63,900 nucleotides of DNA, filler included, from Platydemus manokwari (GCA_037951405.1; 5 parts of 5 records of this genome joined end to end with filler, not necessarily neighbours in it), one strand, 5' to 3'. Shown: positions 1-13,505, numbered from the whole stretch's first letter. The notes: generated by a model from the sequence alone, not told the origin. Program-made: numbers and translations.

Positions 1-951
1 TAAATTTTTAATAAAAATTTTAACACCAAAAAATTAAGACATTTAATAATAACGATGATTTTGAATATTCTGGCATATAACATCAAATATAGGCTCTATT
101 CCGGTGATGGCTGGTCTCAGAACTAATTCCAGATCTTTAAAATTCGATCAATATTTTCTTATGAATATTTTACTATAACTTTGAAATTGTTCGCGATCCT
201 TTTGAAGAGCACTGATTTAAAAGAAATAAATAAGAATAGAAAAAATAAATAAAAATACCAAATAAAAATCATGGTAATTATATAAAATAAGAATCCTGCA
301 GTTAAAATTATTATTATATTAAATGTGGAGCCAATGTATATGCAGATGTAGTCATTCGTAAATATATACAATCAATGTATTAAGATTTAAATAATGGGTA
401 TCGGAAATAGTCATTTTAAAATAAAAATTTTGAGAGTAATCAGTTTAGTTAGTTTCAAAATGATATTACAATGACAAAGAATATTAAAATTATAATTTTG
501 ATGTTTAATAAATTGTTTTTAATACTCGACGGAATTCAAAATTTGGCAATAAAGCTTAATGAATATTCGTTTAATGAAACTAATTTTTTAAAAATTTGAC
601 AATTAAACGATGAGTGAAAATATTTCGCTCTACTTCACAACAATTCGAACAAAGAAACAAATTCATTCTTGATTTTATATTTATTAAAAGTTATTTTTGA
701 TTAAATCAATATAAGTTAAAAGCTATCACAGTAAAATCCACATTTAGAATATCTTTGTAAATAATCATATTTAAACACCATAATTCAATAAGAATCAAAG
801 AATCAATAATGACATAAGGTTATAAGTGTGTTTTAAAATTCTTAACAAAATTCATTTAACTAATTTTTTCTAACAAACACAATTTGGATCGATACATTCT
901 TGCAACACAATCAAAATTTATTTTACAACAAAATGAAAATATAAAAATAAC

Positions 952-1420
952 CTTATCAACGTTATTTGCTGTTGGAAAATGTAGACTGCTCACTAAGAAA
1001 TGTACAAATTTACTTTTCATTCCTTTTGTGAAAATACTGTTAGCTATTATTGATGAGACAAACTTTTTCCCGTTCTTGACATTCCACTGAAATAAAGTAA
1101 AAGGGGCTTTTGTGGATTATTGTTTGATAAATGCGACTTGTTTAATATAAATATAAAAATTAAATTTTAATAAATTCTCAATATTACATTTAAATGTTTA
1201 AGTAAGGCCAATTTAACCAAATGTTATCCAAATAAATTATTGTCTAAATCTTCTTTTAATTCTAAGAATTGATAATAAAAGATGATGTAAACATTTGAAT
1301 ACTGGTATACTAGTCTTATTCATAGGCATCCATTTGGAGTTTGGTTCACAACATTCGTGAATTAAACAATTTACTTTAGAAACAGATTCTTGTAAAATAG
1401 ACCAGCTTGAGAGTACATTT
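952..1420 (-). pseudogene. Torsin-family AAA+ ATPase N-terminal exons, disabled
   Basis: Exons 1420-1311, 1261-1188 and 1136-952 (GT-AG introns of 49 and 51 nt) translate to KVNCLIHECCEP..KLKEDLDNNLFG*HLVK..SHLSNNNPQKPLLLYFSGMSRTGK[fs]FVSSIIANSIFTKGMKSKFVHFLVSSLHFP. This matches torsin ECC/LDDNLFGQHL/PKKPL..HGWTGTGKNFVS..LHFP. Lesions: TAA at 1224-1226, 1-nt frameshift at ~1064-1068, Walker A G>R. Confidence 0.85.
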
Positions 1421-1461
1421 CTAAAACAATCATTTCACAAACATTTCACATTTTCACTGAC

Positions 1462-1931
1462 CTCGTAAGAAAATTCTGACCATCAGGAGAAAGAACTTCT
1501 TTGATTTTTTTATTTATATAAACAATTACTATTCCTTTATAAGCATCTGTAACAATTAATTTGTCAGGATGAGAAAATTTCAATTCTAAAATTTTTCCAC
1601 AAATATATTCTACATATTCCAACCCACAATCCTCATGATCTTCACCAATTTTTATTATGGGTTCTGCACGGGTTAATTCTTTGTCGATTTTCCAAATAAT
1701 TCCATCAGCTTTATTGGTAAATATTTCCCCTGAAATAGGGTTGTGATCGAATGATTCTGGGCCTTTAATTTTATTTATGAATGTCGTCTTAATTGTTTCC
1801 CAAGAAATGAATTGTATATCTTTAGGCAATGTTAAAATATTTTCTTGAACAACCAAAGTTTGATAACCGACATAAAATTTTTGATAAATATCTATTGATA
1901 AACTAAAACCGATCAATAAGTATAATAACAT
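1462..1931 (-). CDS. APMAP/hemomucin (strictosidine synthase-like) N-terminal exon; only the first ~156 codons, rest of beta-propeller absent
   Basis: ORF 1446-1931 has a hydrophobic N-terminus plus GPESF, ADG, CG...E.ICG..L.LKF and DAYKG motifs typical of APMAP. A GTCAGT donor at 1461 ends the exon. Confidence 0.8.
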
Positions 1932-2039
1932 AAGAAACTTATAAATGAAATATTAGATTAATAAAATTGTTACTATATAAAACTTATCAATCATTAATAG
2001 TGGTTTATTTTGAAAAAAAATTACTATTACAAATAAATT

Positions 2040-4570
2040 TAAAATTACCCAATCTTGGTCAAGTTGGAGAATAACAAGTTAGGAGGGCTACTCTTGGCGA
2101 ATCACAAGATATCGTGAGTGGCTTTCGCAGACGACCTTGCGCTGATCTGGAGGAATAGAGAGTATACAAGACATGATAAACAAACCCACCAACCTAGGCA
2201 CTATATTAGGTTTCAAATTTAAGGCAGTAAAATGTGGCATTTTTTCGTAACGAAAGAAAAGGATCCCTCCTTGATAAGATCAAAGTTAACAATGAAGAGA
2301 TACCAACAATAACATTAGAAGATCACTATAGGTATCTCGGAGTTAACTTTAGTCTCAAGTTACACAATTCAACGGAGGGACTGTTTAACGACTTACAAAT
2401 AGCTTTACAAAATCTGACCGATTCAATCCTTTTACCTTGGCAAAAACTAAGAGCCCTAGAACTTTTTATTCAGACAAAATTCACTTTTTATCTAAGAAAC
2501 TACTACATAAGATTCACGCGCCTGCTAGAGATGGATGTCATGATGAGAAAGTATATAAAAACATATTAGGAGTTCCTAAATACTGTAGTACGAACTACCT
2601 GTACGCGTCAAAATCAAGCGGAGGATGTGGGCTTAGAAACTTGTGTGAGGATTACACTACGCAATCCATCATGCATGTCTTCTACCTACTAACGAGTAAG
2701 CACGAAATGATAAGACAAGCTTCGATCCATTCTCTATGCCAGGCTGCGTAAACAGAAACATGCACCGATACTTGCAACATATCGCAAGCACTGGAGTGGA
2801 TTAACACACACATGACCCAGACTCAGAGAAGCAAGACATGGTGGGGCAAAGTCCGCGAGTCGATCAAATATGCGGCAAATAAGCTAAACACTAAGATTCA
2901 ATGTATTTACATAAATGAAACCATCATGCTCCGGAGTCGACCAAAACATGCATGTAGAAAATAGGGTCTTTTTTCATTCCAGAATCATAGAGCCCAAGAA
3001 ATTTAAGGAGGCACCAAAGTTGTTGAGAAGGTGTTTCGTTCAATCATATCAGATTGAATGGACAAAGCAAGTTAGACGTGGGAGGTATAATACTTTTTTA
3101 GGTACAGTTAGCCCACTGTGGAGCAAGATTGTTTTTCACGGGTATCTATCGATTGCCGAGTTCCACTTCATCCACAAAGCAAAAACCGACACCTTACCAG
3201 CACTCAACAAGAAATTCATGAATGATATGGCGTGTTGGAAGTGCCTATATCCCACAGAATCACAAACTCATATTTTTACCATGTGCCCTCCATCAAGTTC
3301 TTTTAAAACATATAGGCACAATGAGATTGTGGATATAGTCGCACGTTTTATAGAATATAACACTGACTTTAGAATTTTTATAGATGAAAAATGCCAGTTT
3401 GTTGATTCCAACCTACGAGTAGATTTACAAATGATCAATGAGCGTAAATCAACAATTATGCTCATTGATATCAAGTGCCCAATGGATGAACCTAAGTTAA
3501 TCGATGACACAGATAAGAAAAATCTGTCAAAGTATGAGCAATTGCGTAATGATATAAAATCAAAATTCCCCAAATTCACGGTGAAACTATATACTTTTAT
3601 AGTTGGAGTATTGGGCACTTGGGTTAAGACCAATGATTTAATATTAAGAAAACTCGGGTTGGCAATCAAATCAACAAATTGGCAATGAAATGTATTAAAT
3701 CAAACATTAGCGCGTCGTTCCTCCAATGGCAGTTTCATACGGGTAAGAGAAATGTTAATATACCAAGAGCAAGTTAGTTCCATCCGGACTTATCTTTTTC
3801 GGCAAGTGAGGGGGAGAACGATAATGCTCAATAACTTTTAATTGGACTTTGATTTTTATCGGACTTTACTTATTTTTATCTGACGTTGACTTTTTGGTAC
3901 TACGAATTTTTTAATCTTTATTCATTGTTATTTTGGTACTTGTATTTTTGGTCTTTAAATTTTTATGAACATATAATTTCAGAATTATGAGTTCAAGCTT
4001 GCGAGCTCGGAGCTGTAGCCTCGGACTTTTATCTTTTCGGGGTTATGGTTTCGGACTTGTGAGTTTGAACTTGTGGTTTTGGACTTGTGTTTTGTATTTG
4101 GGTGAATTTTGTTGAAATGAACTTTTTATGAACATATGATTTCAAACTTATGAGTTCGGAACTGTAACCTCGGAATTTTTTATCTTTTCGGGGTTATGGT
4201 CTCGGATTTGTACTTTTGGACTCGTATTTTGTGTTTGAGTGTAACTTTGCAGATATGGACTTTTTATGAACATATGACTTCAATCTCATGAGTTAGGACT
4301 TGTGAGTTCGGAACTATAGCCTCGGATTTTTATCTGTTCGGAGTTATGGTTTCGGACTTGTGAGTTCGGACTTGTACTTTGTTTTTGGGTTGAATTTTGT
4401 AGAAATGGACTTTTTCAAGGCAAAACACGTTCGGAACAACAAGAACACCAAGTCATCAAGAAACTTTGCAAATAGCTGTCTGTGATATTAGATGCCAATC
4501 CTCGAAGCGGACTCTAAATGTTAAGTCATACTTGTATGACTTTTTGGATTTACATTGTTTGTGAATAAAT
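2040..4570 (+). mobile_element. 5'-truncated, frameshifted non-LTR retrotransposon with restriction-like endonuclease (R2/NeSL/R5/Utopia-like group)
   Basis: RT C-terminus (FADD-like at ~2123, YRYLGV, L.PWQKL, SGGCGL), CCHC finger CWKC..ESQTHIFTMC, RHNEIV, LRVDLQ..IDIKCP, KYEQL. The long 3' UTR ends at AATAAAT ~4564-4570. Confidence 0.9.
3960..4415 (+). repeat. Hierarchical tandem repeat: three ~140-165 bp units built from ~14-bp TCGGACTTGTGAGT-like subunits
   Basis: Units start with TTTTATGAACATAT at ~3961, ~4124 and ~4262. Each carries CCTCGGA.TTTTATCT.TTCGG.GTTATGGT.TCGGA. Confidence 0.9.
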
Positions 4571-5390
4571 ATTGGTTTTTTGTTTTTTTTTGTTTTTCTT
4601 TATCACAATAAATACATACTTTTGAATTAACAAAATTTATATAATCTTCATTTGTTAATTTTACATCTACATTTTTTTAACTATTCTTGTTAATTTTTTA
4701 TTTAGATCTACAATATTATTGATAAAATCATATTCAGCTTGATCACTATAAAATTGAAAATATTCAGACTTTACTAATTCTGGATAATTTGATTTTAAAT
4801 ATATTCCAATTGAAAGTGGTTTTTGATTATTATTTATTGTATTATATGCTTCAAAATCTGCATAAAGTACAAATGGAACTTTATTCCTATAATAATAATT
4901 TTTAAACTCACAATAATCTTCTTTTGGAAATACTGCTTTTGATTCTTTAAAATCTTGACATAATCTTTTATGTTCATTTAATGAATTTAAAGATCTGTAA
5001 GAATTTAAACATTTTAAACATATTAAATTGGAATGATTATTATTATCTCTATTTGAAAATATGTTCATATTTCTACATCAAACATAATCATTTCCATATA
5101 ATAATAAATTACATTGTCTATTATCAATTGTTGGTTTTGCATTGTAATGTTCAAAATGAATATGAATTAATTTCTTATTTTCGTTTATACCAAAAACATT
5201 TACACTTATATTGTTTTGTTTATTAAATTTCTTTATATCTTCAATCTTCGTTGGAAAATTAATATCTTTTAAATTTAATTCATATTTAATTCATAATTTC
5301 TATATTTCATAAGCTATTTGAGCTGTTTTTGTTTTAAAATATCTATTACATATTTTGCAATAAAATACAGTTTTGTATTTATTCATTTTT
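4571..5390 (-). mobile_element. Polinton/Maverick protein-primed DNA polymerase B N-terminal fragment (decayed)
   Basis: ORF 4667-5068 reads CLKCLNSY..HKRLC..FKNYYYRNKVPFVLYADFEA (pPolB exonuclease I region), followed by CIYC. An upstream CKIC zinc-finger-like start lies at ~5386. Confidence 0.8.
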
Positions 5391-6718
5391 ATATTTATTC
5401 TTTTTATTTAGTTTTTTCTCATTTTTTCTTATTATTTTATCTTATTATTTTTTATTTTATAAATAAATATATAATGGCGAGTTAAATCCAAATCATTATT
5501 TTTATTATTTTGAAGATTGTTTGATTGCAAAATGTGCATTTTTAGTTGGTCTGTAGGGTATACTGGGATTAAAAAATGGATTGTTTTGTAAATTTGATAA
5601 TTTCTTGGGTCTTGGATTTAACTCGTCATTATATATCTACTAATGTTAAAATCTTTCACTATTCACCGATAAAACTGTGTTATCCTTTACTTAACAAAAA
5701 TGAATATATGTATTAATTATGGAAGATTCTCATAGAAATTAACGACCTTTGGAATCCCTATTTTGGTAATTTAAATATACATATGCCTAGTCGTATGATA
5801 ATCAACCAATCAGAAGAAATATAACGCGAAGAAAGTAAATGACTAACTAACTACAGATACACAGAGACGGATAAACCCCCATTCTCAATAAATACAATGG
5901 GACTTGTGAAAAATAAACAATGGAATAAAAGTTTATCCCATAAAAGCATAAACTTCTGATTATAAATTATATCATAAACATCGCCTGTTGTTAGTCAAAG
6001 AGTTGAAACCAGTTTAAGTGAAATGTATTTTACTATGGATTATGAAGTGATGATTCTCATATATTCAAAATATCAGATATAATGAAAGTATTACACGGAT
6101 AAATAAATATATTGAATCAAATTAACATATGATGTATTTATATAGAATTATTTTTATTGAATGAATCTGACATGTTAAAGTACAAAGGATTTTCTTTAAT
6201 AATTTGATTATTATATAAATCAGAGAACAATTCTAGAAAAACAAATTAAATATATAGTATTTTTAAAAGTTCTTGAACAATGAGATTAAAAATTTTTGGG
6301 TATAAGATATTAAATTACTTCATTCATTCATAAATTAATGAGTTGAAGGACTTCTAGATTTGTAAATTTATAATATTTGTTCTCTCATTTCAAAGTTAAA
6401 AAACATCCTCAATTTCAATTCCAATGTTAACAACTTTTGAAACAATTCAAATTAATAAAATTTTAAACTTGTAATAATTGTAGTATATTATGAAAATATT
6501 ATGAATTAAGATAGTTGCAAGAATCCTGTTTATAATTTTTAAATATATCTTTACGTTTCACTTAAGCCTGTTTAATCTTTTTAAAAAAATGTAATATTAA
6601 AGATCTTGATAAAAACAACGACTAAGATTTAAGTTTTAATGAACTGAATAAATATAAATTTTTGAATGATTGTCAAACATGTTTGAAGATTGAACTATTT
6701 TAATTATCAAATAAAGTA

Positions 6719-9706
6719 ATGACCGATGAAAAGAAAGATCCTCTAAAAAGGTTTATCATTGGAGGTTTAGTGTTGAAAATCAAAACAATCAATATTTTTA
6801 TATTCACTAGGTATTTCAGGATGTTCGGGTAAGACGATTGTTGCCCCATTAGATAGAGTGAAAATTCTAATCCAGGGTCAGAAGAAGAATTACCTTCATT
6901 TAGGTTAATCGACGTTATTATTGTGGTGTTAAATGATTTAATAAATCAGGCCCCATAAAAGTTCTTGCCACAGTTTATAAAGAAACTGGTATCAATGGAT
7001 TATTTCAGGGAAATTTAGTTCAACTTGTTCGAATATTTCCCTATTCGGCTGTGCAGTTTTTTACATTTAGCATTTATAATGATGTAAAATGCAATGTATT
7101 TTATTAAATGTAATTTTATTATTATTAGGCCTGCAAATCGGCAGGACTCCGAACAACGGTTGGCATTGAAAAGTTTATCAGTGGAGCTTTAGCTGGTACG
7201 AAGTGTTATGTTAAAATTGTTTATGAATTAATATGAAATTATTTTTATGTATTAGTTTATAATCAGTAATATCTCTTATTAAATATGAACACAATATTTG
7301 AAAAATAATAATTCAAAAGATCTAGGGAAATCAATTAAGTATACCTCTTTTGTGCTGAAATTATTTTATTTGATGTTTTTTTTGTTTAATACGGTGGAGT
7401 CAAACAGTCGACATTCTTGTTCATATTAGATATGATTCATGAACTACCTGTTGTCAATTTTACAATTGTTTATATTATTTTCACTTAAGAAGTCATTTGG
7501 TCTAGTTTTGATACGATTCTATTTCGCACACTTATTAGTCTTCGGATATCTTTGAAAATAACTATTATTATTGACGAATTACTCGTTTCCAGAATGTATT
7601 TTTGTAAAATTTTGATTGCTTCTTAGTGTTTTTAAATCATTATTTTTTCGGACAGCAATCGTATTCATTTTATTATCAATGCTTTCCTCAAACAGAGATG
7701 TTCGAGCTTACCAAAAGTAATTCTTTCACAAAATGAAATTATGTGTGATTAATAAATCGTAACAGAGATTAGTTTCATAATCCCTGTACTGTAAGTCTCC
7801 ACGAGTCAACCGGTTTGAAGTTAGAAATAAATTTTAACTCATAAGAAAATTTATTTTTATCTGAACTGTTACGGTATACACTGTCTGTTAAATAATTTCC
7901 AGGTATGGTTTAAAATCAATGATTACAATCATTCTCAAATCTTATATATTCTACTCTAAGTAATTCTTCAACCTTCTGTTGGGTCGATCACTAAGGCAAC
8001 TTAAATATTCATGTAAACTATGAGAATAATCATCAAAGGTTTCATAAACACATATTCGATAAGTGCACAAGTCTCTAACCATTCAGATTCTTCCTATATA
8101 CCAATCTAAATTTAGAATTCAATAATCAATTGGCGCATACCAACAACTGGCAACAAATATTGAGTTACAAAATAATTGTGTGAACGATACTCATGTGAAA
8201 AGTGAAGTTCTGAGACATGTAACTTCATACGATAAACCTATCAAAGGAGTCATTTTTAGGAATATCTGCCAGCCTTTTTGGTAGGTAACTTCTTTTCTGT
8301 GTGACTTACGTGATTTTTTTGATTAGTCTTTGTGGTTGGCTTCTGCTTTGTCGTTTAACTTTCTAGTGCTAATCTCACCTCCTTTTATTATCCTTTGTTG
8401 ACCTAGTGTGCTTCTAATTGTGTTTGATGATGAATTGAGTTTTGTAATCTATTGTGATTTTTAATTGCAATTTTCAGTGTTCACCGTCACTTGATTTAAA
8501 AACACTTCTTATATACACGCGGACTGATTTATTTTTTAGGTTCTGCATTAATTTTTTAACAAAATAATGAAATTTTTTAATCCGAATATTTTTATAAGAA
8601 ATGGTTTGATTGCAAAGGGCTTATTTATTTATGAGGTTATTTAGTGGATTGGCTTGTAATCAATAAATAACTATAAATCTTTTGGATTCAATAACACAAG
8701 AAACCTTTAAAATTTGTTTTTATTTTTATTCGGATCCTACATCTCAGCTATGTGCTATCAATAATTATTATACAACCAGTAATCATATTTTTATTTTAAT
8801 CTGCATTTCTTCGTACTTGTAACAATTGAGTATTTTATTATAAGATTTTTCTAATATATAAAATTTAATGTATAATATTACTACTTAGGTATGACTGCTT
8901 GTTCTTGTACGTATCCTCTTGATTTAATAAGAGCCAGACTTGCTTTTCAAGATAAACACTCACGTTTTAATTTTTTAACTGGAAAAAAAGAACAAATGTT
9001 AACTGATGTTTCAATTTATGGTCCAAATTTGGAAATCGGCACCAATAAATCAGGACATACATTCTCAAGATATGAACATTATCATTATCGCGGAATTATT
9101 CACGCTTTTATAACAATTATTAAAAATGAAAAGGGAATTCGTGGACTTTATAAGGGATTCAGTCCAACTTTAATTGGGATGGCTCCTTATGCAGGTTCAG
9201 ATATGTGTTTGTTTTATTGGATCAAATGAAATCTTGTTCAATGATTCATATAAATAGTTTCTTTGCAGGAACCTCATTTTATACATTTGAGAATTTGAAG
9301 AAACTTGCATTGAAATACATCAATGTTTCTGCATTTGTTATCACGCAAGACGATTCTCGAAAACGTTTAACGGTTTATGGCAATCTGATATGTGGCTCCA
9401 TTGCAGGTTTGGTTGCTCAAACAGTTTCATATCCACTCGATGTCGTTCGTAGAACGATGCAATTAAATGTCAATAAGGGGACACATCACCGGGTGGGGAA
9501 ACTAAAATCTGTTAATGGTTGATTGATATTATTTGTAACAGTTAGATGGCAAACGACGGACTTGGTGGACTGTGATGAGGAAATTATTTGACAAATATGG
9601 CATTAAAAAAGGCCTGTTTCGTGGAATGACCATCAATTATATTCGTGTAGTTCCCGTTGTTTCTGTCACGTTCACGGTTCATGAAACATTGATAAATAAA
9701 ATATGA
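6719..9706 (+). CDS. SLC25A16: Mitochondrial carrier, SLC25A16 (Graves disease carrier / CoA transporter) type; 7 exons
   Basis: Exons 6719-6764, 6811-6903, 6950-7083, 7129-7195, 8889-9194, 9269-9492 and 9542-9706 splice in frame. Three carrier signatures (PLDRVK, PLDLIR, PLDVVR) are present, plus GISGCSGKTIVAPLDRVKILIQ..YLHLG, RIFPYSAVQF, GMAPYAG and GLFRGMTINYIR. Confidence 0.9.
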
Positions 9707-11375
9707 TCATGAAGCTTATATCATGTAAATGGGAATTCTTAAACATATTTTCCATTATCAGATTTGATTAAATCATTTCTGTTTGATTTTTTGTATTTTA
9801 AAATTGTGATTTTTAATGCTCTGGAATAATAGATTATATTTCCAGATTTCGACTTTGAACAATTTCATTCGAGTAATAAATCTAGAGTAGTTGTTTGTGA
9901 TTTTCGATATGTTTGTGTAGATTTTGAATGATTTCAAACGTTGAGTTGCAAATAAAATCTGAAAAAGAAAATCATTGAAAAATTATTTTTATATATAACT
10001 ATACTTTTATATATTGATCTTATCCAGGTAAGTCGTGATGATAATTTAAATATTCAGTTCTAGGCACTTGCTAATATGGTTAGTGATATTGAAATTGTGT
10101 GCATTGGGAATAGGGCTTTGAATCCACAATGGAAAACTTTGAAATAGTGACTTTATTATTCTCTTATTTCCATAGAAGAAAAGCACTAATAAATCTGGAT
10201 TGTTTAATCTTCTAAGTATATGCTAGTCGACTTCTAAAATAGATTTTGTGGACAAGGAAAAAAATTCAGTATCACAAAAAATCTGAAGTTAGTAAGCAAT
10301 AGTGGTACTTCCGAGATTATGTGACAATGCATTCAAAAATAAGGGTACCAAATTTCATGGAAATATTGGATTAAAAGCAGTCCTGGCAGTAATTGTGAAA
10401 CAAGTTAAAAGTATGGTAATATGGAAGAGACATTGGAATATTATCAATGAGAAAAATATTATATATTGGGATAGAAAAAAAAATTTAATATTAGAACGGA
10501 AACATCGTGTACATATACAAATATTACATGCTGATGTTGATGCGAATACGTTCGAGAAAAATTAGTTGAGATACAAGAGAATCGATTATTAACTACATAG
10601 ACATCCAGCATGAATGTGATTTCAGAGTTCGAATTCTTTGTCCAGATATATGTAACGGCAAACCTCACAAGATAGACTAAGATTCAACGGTAAAGAGGAT
10701 GCGGTAAATTCTGATAAATTAGGAACTATTGTGAACTATTGCAGAATAAAATGGGAGCTTCTAAGAACTAGAATTTGCTTTGAGAAACTTTCTGTTCTGT
10801 TGTTAGTGGATTATAAAAAACAAAATACAATTTTATAATGTAATAAATCACAATGTAAATAATCCACATAAAATTTAAAGAAAAATAAAATTCCTTGACT
10901 AAAATCAAATAATAGAGAATTCTACCTATAAGTTACCGATAAAAAAGGCTGTCAAACTCCGTTGAGAATTGGTTTAATTTATACACATTAATTTGTTATA
11001 ATAAATCCACAATTTGATTGTAATTTTTTGTTTTTATTGTGACATTGGGGTGTTTTCATTTCGTTAATTGTACAAGTCAATCTATGGCAGGAGTTCTCTA
11101 TTTTATAGTTTATAATTGGTGACTACTATAGTATCTAAAGTCTAAAGCACATACACACATGTATATACATGGACAACCAGAATCTTATCGGACGACTAAC
11201 TCAAACAGAGGTGATTGAGACTTACTTAAACATGGCTAAAGATCGATGATTGAGAGAATTACTTTCGATAAGTATTTCCTTCGATAATGCGATGATTGAG
11301 TAATTGTAGAGGATATTTGGTTTCAGAAAAAGATTACATAATGAATCTAAATTCGTTTTAATCGAGAATCTAGGT

Positions 11376-11786
11376 CAGTGATTCCCAAAGTAGGCGCTGC
11401 AAGAATCCAGAGGGTCGGTGGTGAATACAAGCTCATTTGGGGGCGATAATACAATAAGAATGTAAGAAATTGATTATTGAAAATTTTGATATATCTCGTT
11501 TGCTCAATGTTACTGCTTGTGCGCTTTGTCGCTTGCAACGCCGAAGTCTGGTAGCAGAGCGGTAGTATTTCTAGGATTCTCGGCAATGATTAACTGAAAT
11601 AAAACTAAAAGAAAGATTTTTTTTGTAGCGATATTATGAGAAGTTAAAATTAAGTAACAAAAGATAGTAACATTAAGATTTTTTATAAATTGCTACTAAA
11701 AGTTAAAAACAATTTGGTGTGGGTTAGTTTAAGTAATATTTATTCTGAAAAGGGGGCGGTATTCTCTAAAAGTTTGGGAATCACTG
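11376..11786. mobile_element. hAT (Buster/Charlie-type) MITE, 411 bp
   Basis: TIRs CAGTGATTCCCAAAGT / AGTTTGGGAATCACTG (15/16). The 8-bp TSD ATCTAGGT / ATCTAGAT has the central TA. Confidence 0.9.
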
Positions 11787-13128
11787 ATCTAGATTATAAC
11801 GAAATGAGAGAATGACAAATACATAAATGAAATAGAAATAGGGTGATACTCATATAGACACTAATGAAAATACAAGAAATGCTAATATTTTAAACAAAAC
11901 ATGATGTGCGCTGTTAAAGACAAACACGAGAAAATAAGAAGAATGTCATCGACAAGTGGCAGCTTAAATAAGGAAAGGTTTTTAATAAGAAAAATCAAAT
12001 AAAAAGTAGAGGTCATTAGAATAGTACCTGTAATGATATTAGAAACTCTTGTTGAGGTGATGCTGAGATACAATGACGAATGATCTGTGGATGTGAAAAT
12101 TTACTCACCGATATTCATTAATATTGAATGACTAATAGATGACGATAGTGTTCAACTTAAACACCTTATTAAGAAATATCATGATGTTATTGATAAAAAT
12201 GAGTCCACGTTGGTATGGTGTGAAAAATGTTCAAAATTAATTTATCTTCAAAATAAAATTAAATATGTTGTTTATTTCCATGCTATAGTTCTATTTAAAT
12301 CTCAGTTCTCACTAAAAAAATACCTAAGATTTCGTCAATCATATATTTACGATTAAAATTTACCACAAAAAATTTCGTTAAACAACGAAGGTTAGATCGT
12401 AAAATTTAGTCAAAAATAGGATGAATCCATCATTCAAAAAAAGATAGATAGATAAAGTAAATACTTTTACTCTAACTCTACTGTACACAGCAATCGATAA
12501 TTTTAAACCCTCACGGCTCATACAAGCACGTTATTTATAGTAAATTTCATTAAACGTAATATATTTTTCTACTCTATAAGTGATCTTTTTGTTTTAAGTG
12601 TGTATATTGTTTTTACTAACGTATACCAACAGCACGCTCAAGTAAATTAATTCATAATTTGTTAAATAGGGGAATTATGAATTTCAAATTACCAAAACGG
12701 CTCAATCGATTTTTATTTACTGAAAATGGGTTTTTAAATTTACTTAAAAAATTAAGAAAGTAATTTTTATTTATTCATATTCCTTGAATAAAAACTAAAA
12801 TTATTTTTATTTAATTAACCGATTTTTGGATTTCACGAGAATTTTTATTAAATAGACTGTCATTCTTTAACTTAATTCATTTTTTCATGCATATTTTCAT
12901 TCTATTTTATCTTTATATTATCTTCATCTTTTTTATATAATTATTTTTGTTTTCTAATAAATTATTCACTCAATTACAAATTATTTCACGGGCTCATCGA
13001 TATTACTAGCCAAACACAGTTAATTGTATTTGTTTCGAAATGATGACACTGTTGGGGTTTACTGGAATAGAAGGCTATTTCTAAAATAAATCGAACTGTT
13101 GTGTATATTATTGCATGATTATCTAAAT

Positions 13129-13505
13129 AAGTGGTTCTCAACCCTAGGGTTGCGACTCCAAATGGGGTTGGCAAGCATTTTTAAAGGGGTTGCCGAATTA
13201 TGGTAGGTGTACAAGTCATTACATGTTAAAAATTGTGTTTTACGATACTGATAAATAAATAGTTTGTGATGCTGATTAAACTGCTTCTGTTCACAATTGC
13301 CTTGACTACTACAGTTAAGTATTTTATAGGTTATGTTATTATCTGATAATCTTATTATCATAAGTAATTAATTACTTTTTGCAAATTAGTTTTAATAAAT
13401 ATTGTGAGTTATGACATATTTTTAGTAATATTGATTTTCTTTGGGGTCAACAAGATCTTAAAATGGGAAAATGTTTCGCCATAGAAAAAAGGTTGAGAAC
13501 CGCTA
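13129..13505. mobile_element. hAT (Charlie/MER5-like) MITE, ~377 bp
   Basis: TIRs AAGTGGTTCTCAACC / GGTTGAGAACCGCTA, internal GGGGTCG/GGGGTTG subterminal motifs, and a degenerate TSD ATCTAAAT / ACCTAAGT (nnnTAnnn). Confidence 0.85.

Noticed and set aside
159-371. Hydrophobic 70-aa ORF and similar short I/L/F/Y-rich ORFs across the window
   Set aside because: Composition expected from AT-rich non-coding DNA; no motifs or convincing splice structure.
1224-1226. TAA at a conserved Gln of torsin, suggesting a TAA=Gln genetic code
   Set aside because: Vigilin has ~780 codons in one exon with no in-frame TAA and uses TAA as its stop. The torsin also has other lesions.
3960-4415. CRISPR-like array
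   Set aside because: Eukaryotic context, no unique spacers, degenerate nested units and no cas genes.
10000-10800. Possible transposase remnant (ORF 10302-10565)
   Set aside because: No DDE motif, TIR or TSD could be identified.
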